Source: Acidobacteriota bacterium (GTDB lineage Bacteria > Acidobacteriota > Thermoanaerobaculia > Multivoradales > UBA5704). From it: a stretch of DNA of 64,000 nucleotides. Made by a program: the position numbers and the translations under genes. The stretch covers positions 1 to 64,000 of the forward strand of contig JBDTZG010000015.1 of assembly GCA_040005235.1 (NCBI GenBank). Direction: 5' to 3'. Of this stretch, positions 9,423 through 20,000 are shown in pieces. How positions within the stretch are numbered: position 1 is the first letter of the stretch; each line of letters begins with the position of its first letter. The notes beneath the pieces were generated by a model. That model was given only the letters and a program-made list of their open reading frames with translations, was not told where the DNA came from and ran no database searches.

Positions 9423-11231
9423 CTACCCGTTCGCCGCGCGGAGCGCGGCGAGCACCGCCTCTTGGGTCAGCAGCTCGCTGAACACGTGGGGCTCAGCGCC
9501 CGGGCGGTAGAGGACGTAGAAGGGGATGCCGTAGCGGCCATGCTCGGCCAGGTAAGCGCCGATCTCGTCATTGCGGTTGGTCCAGTCGGCTTTCATCGCG
9601 ACGATGTTGTGATCCTTGAACGCTCCGGCGACCTCGGCGGTTTCGAGCACCAGGCGCTCGTTCACCTTGCAGGTAAAGCACCAGTCGGCCGTTACGTCCA
9701 CGAACACCGTCTGGCCCCCCTGGGCGAGCGTTTCGGCCTGGGTGCGATCGAACGGCACCCAGGCGATCAGCTTCTGGGCGGGCTCGCCCGTGTGGACCGT
9801 CGCCCCGATCGGACCTGAGGAGCTGGCAAGCCAGACGGTCCCGGCGACCGCGACGACCAGCGCCAGGCTTGCGATCGGCCGGAGCTGGCCGTAGCGGCCC
9901 CGGCTGCCGAGCCAGGCGATCAACGCGAGGCCGAGCAGGGCGAGCTGAAGAAGGGCGAGCGTCTGCGGCGATACCTGGGAGGAGAGGATGAAGAACAGCC
10001 AGACCGCGGCGGCGGCGAGCAGGAAGCCCATGACCCCTTTGAGCGTCTCCATCCAGACGCCCGGCCGGGGGAGGAATCGGGCGACCGCGGGGAACGCGGC
10101 GACCGCGAGATAAGGCAGCGCCATGCCGAGCCCGACGGCGGTGAACGTGGCGAGGATCGTCCCGGCGCTTTGGGCGAGAGCGAAGCCGAGCGCCGAACCG
10201 AGGAACGGCGCGGAGCAGGGGGTCGCCATCAACGTCGCGAACAGCCCCGAGACGAAGTGCCCCGCGGTACCTTCCCGCCCTTGGGCGCCGCCGATCGCCG
10301 CCAGGCGTCCGGGCAGCGGGATCTCGAATACCCCCCACAGGTTGAGCGAGAAGAGCACGACGATCGCGGCCAGGAAGGCGACGAAGCCCGGCTGCTGGAA
10401 TTGCACGCCCCAGCCGACCGCGTTGCCCGCGGAACGGGCGGCGATCGCCGCCGCCCCGAGCGCCCAGAACGAGACCAGCATGCCGGCCGCCGTGGCGAGC
10501 ATTCCCCGCGCGATCTCGCGCCGGCCGCCCGCTGCGCTCTGCACCAGGCCGAAGATCTTGAGCGAGAGGATCGGCAGCACGCAGGGCATGGCGTTCAAGA
10601 TCAGCCCGCCGAGAAAGGCGAGCGCCAGGATGCCGAGCAGCCCGCGGGCCGAAACCGGCGGTTTCGCCGCGCTCCCGGCCGCCGGCTTCGTGCCCGCCGG
10701 GGCGAGCTGCGCCGCCGCGGCGGTCGGCTCGCCTTCCGCTCCGACGGTCAAGTCGAGCGTCGCTTCGGCGGTGGTCGGCGGCAGGCACTGGCGGTCGTTG
10801 CACGACTGGTAGGAAAGGACGGCCTTGACCGCCGAGTGGCTTTCAATCGATTTCGCCGGCACGGCGAAGCGCACCTGGGCGATCGCCGAGCCGTCGAACA
10901 CCGACAGCGGCTCCTCCTGGAAGGAGAACTTCTTCATCTTGGCCGCCGGGTAGGTGATCACGGCGGGCGCCCAGCCGTCCGGCAGGGTCAGTTCGAGCTT
11001 CGTCGGGATCAGGTATTCGAGCGTCGGCTTGTCGCTGTTGACGTGCCAGCCGTCCTCGATGGTGATCGTGGCGGCCAGCCGCGCGGCGCCGCCCGGCGCG
11101 TAGGAGGTGCGGTCGGCTTCGAGCACCAGTTTCGCCTTGTGCGGATCGAATTCGTCCGACTGCGCCGCGAGCGGACCGGAAAGGGCGAGCGCGAGGAGCA
11201 GAAGGAAGGCGGGACGGCGTCTCGAAGTCAT
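9423..11231 (-). CDS. dsbD: Protein-disulfide reductase, DsbD family
   Basis: Signal peptide, YQSCNDRQCLPP, TM cysteines MPCVLP and TPCSAP, C-terminal thioredoxin WCFTCK. Confidence 0.88.
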   Translation of the reverse strand: MTSRRRPAFLLLLALALSGPLAAQSDEFDPHKAKLVLEADRTSYAPGGAARLAATITIEDGWHVNSDKPTLEYLIPTKLELTLPDGWAPAVITYPAAKMKKFSFQEEPLSVFDGSAIAQVRFAVPAKSIESHSAVKAVLSYQSCNDRQCLPPTTAEATLDLTVGAEGEPTAAAAQLAPAGTKPAAGSAAKPPVSARGLLGILALAFLGGLILNAMPCVLPILSLKIFGLVQSAAGGRREIARGMLATAAGMLVSFWALGAAAIAARSAGNAVGWGVQFQQPGFVAFLAAIVVLFSLNLWGVFEIPLPGRLAAIGGAQGREGTAGHFVSGLFATLMATPCSAPFLGSALGFALAQSAGTILATFTAVGLGMALPYLAVAAFPAVARFLPRPGVWMETLKGVMGFLLAAAAVWLFFILSSQVSPQTLALLQLALLGLALIAWLGSRGRYGQLRPIASLALVVAVAGTVWLASSSGPIGATVHTGEPAQKLIAWVPFDRTQAETLAQGGQTVFVDVTADWCFTCKVNERLVLETAEVAGAFKDHNIVAMKADWTNRNDEIGAYLAEHGRYGIPFYVLYRPGAEPHVFSELLTQEAVLAALRAANG

Positions 11232-11421
11232 TGGGTGTCCTCGGAGGGGGGCGCCCGGAAAGCGCAGAGGAGCGCCGGGGCGGGTGCCAGGGGCTCGCTC
11301 ACGGGCGCGGCAGGCAGGGATATTCCGGGTCCGCCCGCGTTAACGAGCCGGAGGCCGCGGTTCGCCCCGGCAAAAACTAGAATACCAAATCTCGGACCCC
11401 CGTGGGGACGGCCCCGACGAT

Positions 11422-11952
11422 CTAGGATCTGAACCGCGACCGCAGCAGCGCGAACATCCAGGCGTCCAGGTTCCGGCCGTGGAAGAGGAGCCGGTCGTGG
11501 GCGATTCCTTCGGGCAGCGCGCCCACCTTCTCGGCCACCCGGGCGCTTGGGCGGTTGCCCACCGCGACGACGATCTCCAGACGCACCAGGCCGGTCTTGG
11601 CGAACGCGAAGTCGGCGAGCTGCCGCACCGCTTCGGTCGCCACCCCGGCGCGCGTCTCGGAGGTGCGGACCCAAAAGCCGAGATTGGCGATCCGCCCTCC
11701 CGGCCGGATCGCGTTCAATCCGCAGACCCCGACGATTCGCTGGCCCGAGGTGTCGGTCCGGACGATCGCCATCTCGTAGGCCGCCTTGGCGTCCCAGGCC
11801 CCCTCGGCGCTCGCGATGAAGGTCCGCGCGTCGTCGGCCGAATAGCGGGGGTGGCACCAGGGCATCCAAGGGCGAATCTGCTCGAAAGACTCGCGCACGG
11901 CCTCGGTCAGGTTCTCGGCGTCGTCGAGGCGAAAGCGGCGGAGGGAGATCAT
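11422..11952 (-). CDS. GNAT N-acetyltransferase, RimJ/RimL family
   Basis: LGFWVRTSETRAGVATEA, N..SARVAEKVG..EG; start uncertain (11952 or 11988). Confidence 0.85.
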   Translation of the reverse strand: MISLRRFRLDDAENLTEAVRESFEQIRPWMPWCHPRYSADDARTFIASAEGAWDAKAAYEMAIVRTDTSGQRIVGVCGLNAIRPGGRIANLGFWVRTSETRAGVATEAVRQLADFAFAKTGLVRLEIVVAVGNRPSARVAEKVGALPEGIAHDRLLFHGRNLDAWMFALLRSRFRS

Positions 11953-12032
11953 GGCCGTAGGAGTCCGTGAACGAAGAAGATTCGCCATTGTAGCGCCCGA
12001 TCCCGTCCGGCGCCTCTGATACCATTCCGCGC

Positions 12033-13202
12033 GTGAAACTCGCATCCAGGATGTCCCGCGTCGGCGAATCCGCCACGCTGAAAGTGGCTCGCCGCGCGTT
12101 GGCGCTCAAGCGCCAGGGGGTCGACCTGGTCGACCTCGGCGCCGGGGAGCCCGATTTTCCCACTCCCCAGGTCGCCGTCGAAGCCGCCTGCGCGGCGCTT
12201 CGCGATGGATTTACCAAATACACCGCAGGCAGCGGCACGCCCGAGCTGCGCTCCGCCGTGGCGGAGCACTATCGCGCCCGCTTCGGCTCCCCCTGGGCGG
12301 CAGACCAGACGGTGATCTCGGTCGGCGGCAAGGCCGGGCTGTTCGAGATCGCGATGTCGATCGCCGAACCGGGGGTGGAGATCGTCCTCTCCTCGCCCTG
12401 CTGGGTGAGCCTGCCGGCGCAGATCGAGCTGGCGGGCGGCACGCCGGTGATGGTTCCGACCTGTCCCGAAGACGGTTTCGCACTCCACGCCGAGGCGCTG
12501 CTCGCCGCGGCGACGGAGCGGACCCGGGCGATCCTGATCAACTCGCCTTCGAACCCGACCGGCGGGCTGATCTCGCCTTCCGAGCTGCGCGCCCTGGTCG
12601 AAGGCGCCGCCGCCCGGGGGATTCTGGTGATCGCCGACGAGACCTACGCCCGGCTGGTGTACGACGGCGCGCCGATCGCGACCGTCGCCTCGCTCGCCGC
12701 CGAGTTTCCCGACACCGTGGTGCTCGCCGGCTCGTTTTCCAAGACCTACGCGATGACCGGCTGGCGCGTGGGCTACGTGCTCGGCCCGCCGGAGCTGATT
12801 GCGGCAGTCGAGGGGGTGCAGAGCCACATGACCTCGAACCCGACCTCGTTCGCCATGGTCGGCGCGCTCGCGGCGCTCGAATCCGCCGAGCCGGAGGTCG
12901 AGCGGATGATTGCGATCTACCAGGAGCGGCGCGATTTCCTGATCCCCCGGCTGAACGCGATTCCCGGCCTTACCTGCGCCCCGCCGGGCGGCGCGTTCTA
13001 TGCTTTTCCCCGGGCGACCGGGGCGTTTGCGCCCGGACGGTCGAATTCGGTCGAGCTCGCCGAGTTTCTGCTCGAAGAGGCGCGCGTCGCCGTCGTGCCC
13101 GGGTCGGCGTTCGGCGCCGACGACCACATCCGGCTGTCGTTTGCGACCTCGCTCGAAGAGCTGGGCCGCGGCGTCGAGCGGATCGCGGCGGCGCTCTCCT
13201 GA
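12033..13202 (+). CDS. Aspartate aminotransferase (class I PLP)
   Basis: GEPDFPTP, NSPSNPTG, DETY, SFSKTYAMTGWRVGY. Confidence 0.92.
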   Translation: MKLASRMSRVGESATLKVARRALALKRQGVDLVDLGAGEPDFPTPQVAVEAACAALRDGFTKYTAGSGTPELRSAVAEHYRARFGSPWAADQTVISVGGKAGLFEIAMSIAEPGVEIVLSSPCWVSLPAQIELAGGTPVMVPTCPEDGFALHAEALLAAATERTRAILINSPSNPTGGLISPSELRALVEGAAARGILVIADETYARLVYDGAPIATVASLAAEFPDTVVLAGSFSKTYAMTGWRVGYVLGPPELIAAVEGVQSHMTSNPTSFAMVGALAALESAEPEVERMIAIYQERRDFLIPRLNAIPGLTCAPPGGAFYAFPRATGAFAPGRSNSVELAEFLLEEARVAVVPGSAFGADDHIRLSFATSLEELGRGVERIAAALS

Positions 13203-13261
13203 TCTCCAGGGCCGCCCCGCGGCCGCCCCGCTCTTAAACGTTCCCGCTTTGGAGGACACCG

Positions 13262-15109
13262 ATGACCCTGCGATTCAATTTCAACTCCCGGGTGCTCGCG
13301 CTCAGCCTCGGTACCGGCCTCCTGGCGTTCGCGCCCGGTGCGGCCCACGCGGCCAGTGCGGCCCCCGCGACCGACGCCCCGGCGCCCACCGTCGAGGAAG
13401 CGACCCAATTCGTCGCCGAAGCCGAACAGCGCCTGACCGACCTCGGCCTCGAAGCCCAGCGCACCGACTGGGTGAAGCAGAACTTCATCACCTCGGACAC
13501 CGAAGTCCTCTCGGCCAAGGCCGGCGAGCGGGCGGTGACCGCGGCGGTCGAATACGCCAAGAAGGCGCCGCGCTACGATGGCCTCGCGGTCCCGGCCGAC
13601 GTGCGGCGGAAGCTCGAATTCTTGAAGCTGTCGCTGGTCGTGCCCGCTCCGAGCGATCCGAAAAAGACCACTGAGCTGTCGCAGATCACCGCCTCGCTCG
13701 ATGCCGACTACGGCCGCGGCAAGTACTGCCCGCCGGGCAAAGAGTGCATGGACATCGAGAAGCTCTCCGACATCATGGATTCGAGCCAGAACCCCGCCGA
13801 GCTGCTCGACGCCTGGAAGGGATGGCACGCGATCGCCCCGCCGATGAAGGAGCGCTATAAGCGCTACGTCGAGCTGGGCAACGAAGGGGCGCGCGAGCTG
13901 GGCTACAAGGACATGGGAGCGCTCTGGCGCTCGAAGTACGACATGCCGGCGGACGACTTCGCCAAAGAGGTCGACCGGCTGTGGAATCAGGTCAAACCGC
14001 TTTACGACCAGCTCCATTGCTACGTGCGCGCCAAGCTTACGGCCAAATACGGCGCCGACGTGGTGAAGCCGGGCGAGCCGATTCCCGCGCACCTGCTGGG
14101 CAACATGTGGGCACAGGACTGGAGCAACGTCTACCCGCTGGTCGCCCCGCCGACCGCCGATCCCGGCTACGTCCTCACCGACCGGCTGAAGGCGAAAGGC
14201 ACCACCGAAATGGGCATGGTCAAGTACGGCGAGGCGTTCTTCACCTCGCTCGGCTTTGCCCCTCTGCCGGCGACGTTTTGGGAGCGTTCTCTGATCGTCC
14301 AGCCGAAGGACCGCGACGTGGTCTGCCACGCGAGCGCCTGGGACATCGACAACGAGGAAGACCTGCGGATCAAGATGTGCACCCAGGTCAACGCCGAGGA
14401 TTTCCAGACCATCCACCACGAGCTGGGCCACAACTTCTACCAGCGCGCCTACAACAAGCAGCCGAACTTCTTCCGCGACAGCGCGAACGACGGTTTCCAT
14501 GAGGCGGTAGGCGACACGATCGCCCTGTCGATCACGCCGGAGTACTTAAAGAAGATCGGCTTGATCGACACCGTCCCCGATCCGTCGAAAGACATCGGCC
14601 TGCTGCTCGACCGCGCGCTCGACAAGATCTCCTTCCTGCCGTTCGGCCTGATGGTCGACCAATGGCGCTGGAAGGTCTTCTCGGGCGAGATCACGCCCGA
14701 CCACTACAACGAGAGCTGGTGGCAACTGCGCCGGAAATACCAGGGCGTCCAGCCGCCGGTGCCGCGCACCGAGGCCGACTTCGACGCCGCCGCGAAGTAC
14801 CACGTGGCAGCGAGCGTCCCCTACACCCGTTATTTCCTCGCCGCGATCCTCCAGTTCCAGTTCCACCGCGCGCTCTGCCAGGCCGCGGGGGTCGAAGGCC
14901 CGTTGAACCGCTGCTCGATCTACGGCAACAAAGTGGCGGGCGCCAAGCTCGAAAAGATGCTCGCGATGGGCGCGAGCCGGCCCTGGCCCGACGCTCTGGA
15001 AGCGCTCACCGGCAGCCGGCAGATGGACGCCACGGCGATCGTCGATTATTTCCAGCCGCTGCTGGTCTGGTTGAAGGACCAGAACAAGGGCCAGAAGTGC
15101 GGATGGTGA
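13262..15109 (+). CDS. M2 family metallopeptidase (ACE-like peptidyl-dipeptidase)
   Basis: Signal peptide, HLLGNMWAQ, CHASAW, HHELGH (HExxH), GFHEAVGD. Confidence 0.93.
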   Translation: MTLRFNFNSRVLALSLGTGLLAFAPGAAHAASAAPATDAPAPTVEEATQFVAEAEQRLTDLGLEAQRTDWVKQNFITSDTEVLSAKAGERAVTAAVEYAKKAPRYDGLAVPADVRRKLEFLKLSLVVPAPSDPKKTTELSQITASLDADYGRGKYCPPGKECMDIEKLSDIMDSSQNPAELLDAWKGWHAIAPPMKERYKRYVELGNEGARELGYKDMGALWRSKYDMPADDFAKEVDRLWNQVKPLYDQLHCYVRAKLTAKYGADVVKPGEPIPAHLLGNMWAQDWSNVYPLVAPPTADPGYVLTDRLKAKGTTEMGMVKYGEAFFTSLGFAPLPATFWERSLIVQPKDRDVVCHASAWDIDNEEDLRIKMCTQVNAEDFQTIHHELGHNFYQRAYNKQPNFFRDSANDGFHEAVGDTIALSITPEYLKKIGLIDTVPDPSKDIGLLLDRALDKISFLPFGLMVDQWRWKVFSGEITPDHYNESWWQLRRKYQGVQPPVPRTEADFDAAAKYHVAASVPYTRYFLAAILQFQFHRALCQAAGVEGPLNRCSIYGNKVAGAKLEKMLAMGASRPWPDALEALTGSRQMDATAIVDYFQPLLVWLKDQNKGQKCGW

Positions 15110-15164
15110 GGCGGTTGATTCGATAAAGCCAGGGGCCGGGCCGAACCGCGGTAGTCTTGCCGCC

Positions 15165-16205
15165 ATGTTTCGGCCCGGCCCGCTCGTCCTTCAGGCAGCG
15201 CTCCTGCTCGCTTCGGCCTGCGGCCGCTCCGAGCCGGCGAAGATCGCGGATGTGCCCGGGATCTCGGCCGAACCGAAGCTCGTTCGCAGCACCATCGCTT
15301 TTACCCTCCAAGAGAAGGACCTGATTCCCGAAGGGATCGCAGCCGATCCGAAAACCGGCCGGCTTTTCGTCGGCAGCGTCGAGAAGCGAAAGATCGTCGC
15401 CCTCTCCGCCGACGGCAAGGAGACGAGCTTCGTCCCCAGCGGAGCGGCGGGCCTGGGTCCCGTGATCGGCCTGCGGGTCGATCCGGCCCGCGGATGGCTG
15501 TGGGCGGTCTCCGAACCGACCGGCCGGCCGAAGAGCGATCCCGGAACGTTTCGCGGCCTCTACGCCTTCACCCTCTCCGACGGCTCCCTCGCGGCGAGAA
15601 TCCAGCTGCCGCGCTCGTTCGGCACGGTGCATGCGCTGAACGACCTCTGCATCGATGCCGATGGAACGATCTACGTCACGGACAGCAATCCCGGCTCGCT
15701 CTTCTACGCCAAGTCGGGAGAGAAAAAGCTCTCCGCCCTATCGCTCGATCCGGAAGCCAAGAAAGCCCTCCGCTTCGCCAACGGCATCGCCTGCGCGGCG
15801 CAAAGAAACCGCCTTTACGTCGCAGTGGCGACCGGCCTGGCGGTAGTCGATCCAAAAGCCGGAACCCTCCGCGTTCTCGCGACCCCAGCGGGCTTTCCCT
15901 CCGGCGGTCTCGGCGGCTGCGACGGGCTTTACCTAGAAGCCCCGGACCGACTGGTAGCGATCCAAAACGGCCACGGCGCCGAGCGCGTCCTCCGCGTCAC
16001 CCTGAACGCCACCGGCCTCGCCATCGCGCAGATCGAAACCCTGGAAGTCGGCCAGCCGCTCTACGAGATCCCCACCACCGGCGCGCTCTTGAACGGAGCG
16101 TTGTACCTGATCGCCAACAGCCAGGTCGGAAATTACGACGACGTCGGCAACCTCGACCGGCGCGGGCTTAAGCGGCCGGTGATTTTGCGGCTGGGGCTGC
16201 AGTAG
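15165..16205 (+). CDS. SMP-30/gluconolactonase-like beta-propeller lipoprotein
   Basis: Lipobox LASAC; PEGIAAD, LNDLCID, ANGIA, DGL propeller motifs. Confidence 0.75.
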   Translation: MFRPGPLVLQAALLLASACGRSEPAKIADVPGISAEPKLVRSTIAFTLQEKDLIPEGIAADPKTGRLFVGSVEKRKIVALSADGKETSFVPSGAAGLGPVIGLRVDPARGWLWAVSEPTGRPKSDPGTFRGLYAFTLSDGSLAARIQLPRSFGTVHALNDLCIDADGTIYVTDSNPGSLFYAKSGEKKLSALSLDPEAKKALRFANGIACAAQRNRLYVAVATGLAVVDPKAGTLRVLATPAGFPSGGLGGCDGLYLEAPDRLVAIQNGHGAERVLRVTLNATGLAIAQIETLEVGQPLYEIPTTGALLNGALYLIANSQVGNYDDVGNLDRRGLKRPVILRLGLQ

Positions 16206-16278
16206 ACCCGGGGGCTGTCTCCCGCCAGAGTTTGCGCTTGAAACGAATCGACCTCCTGGGCGGTGGGGGACCACCGGC

Positions 16279-16812
16279 TTACGTTTCAACGGGTGGCCTG
16301 CGCCATATTTGGTACCAGAAATAGATCGAGGCGAGGAGCTTAGCTCCGTTGAAGACCGTGTTCCAGACAGATTCAGGCTCCCCCAGGGGGCTGAACATTA
16401 TCGATACACCGCAGAAGGTCACAAAAATGCGCCAAGAGCACTGGATCTCGGCCCTGGGAGCGCCCGTGAGCTCTTGCATCGCGATGACGATGGCCAACAC
16501 ACCGAGCGTCATTTCACCGGGCCATTTCTGACCCTCCTTCAGGTACTCCTTGGAACTGACGCCGACGGTGAGCAATCCCAGAATTCCTAGGATGGAATAC
16601 CAGTTCCTCCTGCTGATCCTCGCTCTATTCGGCAAGGCCCAGCGATCCGGCTTTTCCTCGATCTTCGGACGCCGAATCCGCGCCAAGATCTCCTCGGGCA
16701 AGCGCTCGCCACAGTGGATGCACCACGAATAGGGATGGTCCAACGGGACGAGCTTGCCGCATCCCGGGGTGGGGCAACTCCCGATCTCCGAACCCGACGT
16801 TTGCTTATCCAT
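16279..16812 (-). CDS. Hypothetical membrane protein with N-terminal zinc ribbon
   Basis: CPTPGC...CIHC followed by about four hydrophobic segments; GGAGG RBS before ATG 16812. Confidence 0.55.
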   Translation of the reverse strand: MDKQTSGSEIGSCPTPGCGKLVPLDHPYSWCIHCGERLPEEILARIRRPKIEEKPDRWALPNRARISRRNWYSILGILGLLTVGVSSKEYLKEGQKWPGEMTLGVLAIVIAMQELTGAPRAEIQCSWRIFVTFCGVSIMFSPLGEPESVWNTVFNGAKLLASIYFWYQIWRRPPVET

Positions 16813-16945
16813 CGACCCTCCTGACCTCAAGTCGCGAACCGGCACGAGCGAACCTCAAAGGCCGGGCAGTGGGCCGAGCCCAGCCCCAGGAATCTCGCAT
16901 AGTCCGGTAGGAAGAGAGACACGTATTCTCGCACGGTGGGTGAGC

Positions 16946-17007
16946 GACCGCGTGGCGATCCAAAACGTCCACGGTGGTAACCTCGACCGGCGCGGGCTTA
17001 AGCGGCC
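16946..17007 (+). repeat. Internally deleted duplicate of the 3' part of gene 15165..16205
   Basis: 16952-16974 matches 15954-15976 (21/23); 16979-17007 is identical to 16149-16177 (29 bp). Confidence 0.85.
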
Positions 17008-17090
17008 ACACTCTCCTTTTTGAGCTGGAAGCGATGCTAGGCTAAGGCAACGGCAGTTGCCGATCCATTCTCGTCGAGCGCTGGAGATCA

Positions 17091-20000
17091 ATGAGCCCTG
17101 AACCCCTCATCGGAGCGGAGGACCACCCGCTATCCAAGCAGATGAGGTCCTTCGGCTGTCCGGATCTCATCCCGCTCGACCAACCGCTCTCCAGCCCCCT
17201 GCAGATCGAATACCTGGATCTCCTTCCTAAGAAGGGCACCTCCTCTGCTCCTCTCGTGACCGGCGTCGCCGAGCACCAGGGAACGGCCTTGCTCTACGTC
17301 TTGGACGCCTGTGGCGAGGGTCCAAGCGCCGCTAAAATCGCAGAGATCCAACGCCAGCTCGCTAATCGCAGCGACCCCGCCTGGCTTGGAGTGGCGCGCT
17401 TCGGTTCTCTCGAACTTTTCCCCATCGGCTTTCACGAGACGGCAACCACTGCGCCCCTACAGGTGATCTACGAGAAGGATGGGACGGCCCCCCTCTTCTT
17501 CCAGAGCCTGGTCCACGGCACATTCTCAGAAGGCGAGAGAGTCCAGGGCTCGGACTACGTCTTCAAAAAGATCTTTGACCTCTTGACGCAAACTATCGAC
17601 GAATACGTTGGAGAGGGCGCCAAAGGGCACGAGCTTCAACCCCTCGACGTTCTTTCGATGGCCGGACGCGCGCTCTTCTTTCGCTTTCTCATCGATCGAA
17701 AGATCGTGCTCGCTTCGGAACGAGAGGAGATCTGCCCGGCCAGCGATGGACTGAAGGACGCCTTCGCCAACGCCGAGAAGGCCGCGCAGACCTCCGCCTG
17801 GCTCGACGAGACATTCAACGGCGACTTCCTTCGCCTGATCGACGAGTCGATCCCGGCCGCCGATCGGGCCGCGCGACAAGAGGCCTACCGGCATTTCTAC
17901 CTGCGAATTGAACGCCGCGCTGGCAAGAGATTCTTCCATCACCTCCACGCCATTTTGAACGGTTGGCGGGGAACCGGAGGTGTATTCCAGCACGAGGTGG
18001 ACTGGGGAGATCTCGACTTCGCCCACATCCCCGTGGGGGTCTTGAGCCAAGTCTACGAGAGCTTCAGCCACCGGGCCGATCCCGTTACGGCCCGCGAGAC
18101 GAGCGTTCATTACACGCCGCGCACGATCGCAAGGCTGATGGTGGACCAAGCGTTTGCGGCGGTCCCGGATCCCGCACAGGCGATGGTCTTGGATCCTGCC
18201 TGCGGCGCGGGGATTTTCCTGGTTCTGGCCTTGCGCCGTCTCGTCAGCGAGCGCTGGCAACTCGACCAAAAGCGGCCCAACACCCGGATCATTCAGAGCA
18301 TCCTCTATAGGCAGCTGCGCGGCTTCGACGTCAGCGAGTCGGCCCTGCGCCTGGCGGCCCTCGCGCTTTACATCACCGCCATCGAGCTGAACGGAACGCA
18401 GCGACCGCCGGACGCACTGAAATTCCCCAAGGACCTACGAAAGGGCGTGCTCTTCCACTTCAGGGACGATTCGCCGGACGAGGCGGTATTCTCTTTCGGA
18501 AGCCTGGGACCGCGCGTCCCGCCAGAGTTCGATGGCGCCTTCGACCTTGTGATCGGCAACCCGCCCTGGACGCGTTTACGTGAGGAGGAGTTGGAGAGCA
18601 CCGGTCACAAGAGTGAGCCTGGTAAGGCGCCCAAGACGGCCGCGCTCAACGCCGAGTTCACCCGGATCGGGCAGCGCGTGCTACGGGAACGAGGATTCGG
18701 CGAACTGGCGAAACGTTACAAGAACCCGGACAAGAATCCCGACCTTCCTTTTCTCTGGCGGGCCGCCGAGTGGGCCAAGAAGCCGACCGGCGTCATCTCT
18801 CTTGCCCTGCCCGCAAGGCTCATTGGGCGCACCAGCGGAAAAGGTCACGCGGCCTGGATGGCCATCCTGAAGAGCCTCTCGGTGACGGGCCTGATCAACG
18901 GTGCCGACCTGAGGAAGACCTCCGTCTGGGAATCGATGGACATACCCTTCTGCCTGCTCTTCGCGCGCAATACCGCGCCGCCGCCTGACCACCGATTCAT
19001 GTTCGCGGCTCCTCTCCGCGAGCCGGGGTTGAATCAGCAGAGCCGCTTTCGCCTCGACTACGAGACGGCCAAGCCGGTCAGCGTCGAGCGGATCGAGCGT
19101 CAACCTTGGGTTCTCAAGACGCTGTCTCTTGGCACATGGAGAGACGTGGCGGTGATGGAGAAGCTTCTGCGGGCTTTTCCTCAGAGCTTGGCGGCGTTTT
19201 GGAAGGAGTGGAACCCGGAAGAGGATAAGACCGGGCAGGGATTCAACCTGTCGCCGGGCTTGGCCCAGGAGTCTGCAGATTTCTTGGCCGACCTTAAGGT
19301 CTTCGCACAACCCGGCGACGGCATTTCCCTCGAGGTTCGGGATTTGGAAACTTTCCTTGAGCAATATGGACAGAGAACTGCCCACAGGCCCCGGACCAAG
19401 AATCTCTTTCAGCCTCCTCTGCTCATAGTTCCTCAGTCGCCCGGCGCCGATCAAAAAAGCATCCGCGCCTACCTTTTCTGGGAAGCAGTCGCGTTTTCCC
19501 AGAGTAACTACGGCTACTCGTGCGCCGGTCACCCTGAGGCGGAGACGCTGGCAGCGCTGCTCTATCTGCTATCTCACTCGACGCTATTCTCCTACTTCTG
19601 CCTGATGTCCAGCCGGCGAGCCGGCTTCGACCGGCAGACGTTCAACAAGGAGGAGTTCGACGCGATTCCGTTCCCCGATCCCCTCCTGCTTGCGGCGCCT
19701 GAGAAGTCTGCGATTCAAAGGCTCGCGCGCGAGTTGGAGAGCAACCGGGTACTCAGTTGGGAAGCGATCGATTCGTTCCTGTTTCGCCTGTACGGCCTCG
19801 ATGACGAAGCCGCACAGACCGTTCGCGACACTCTGTTTTCTGCCATGTCTTATCGCCGGCAGGGTAGCGCGGCTCTGGACCGCACCACCCAACCGGATCG
19901 CGAACCGTTCCGCCAGGAGCTGTGCGACCTTCTGGCACCATATTTCCATGTCTGTGGCGAACAGGTCTTCGTCGAAGAAACGCGCGATCAACCTGACCAG

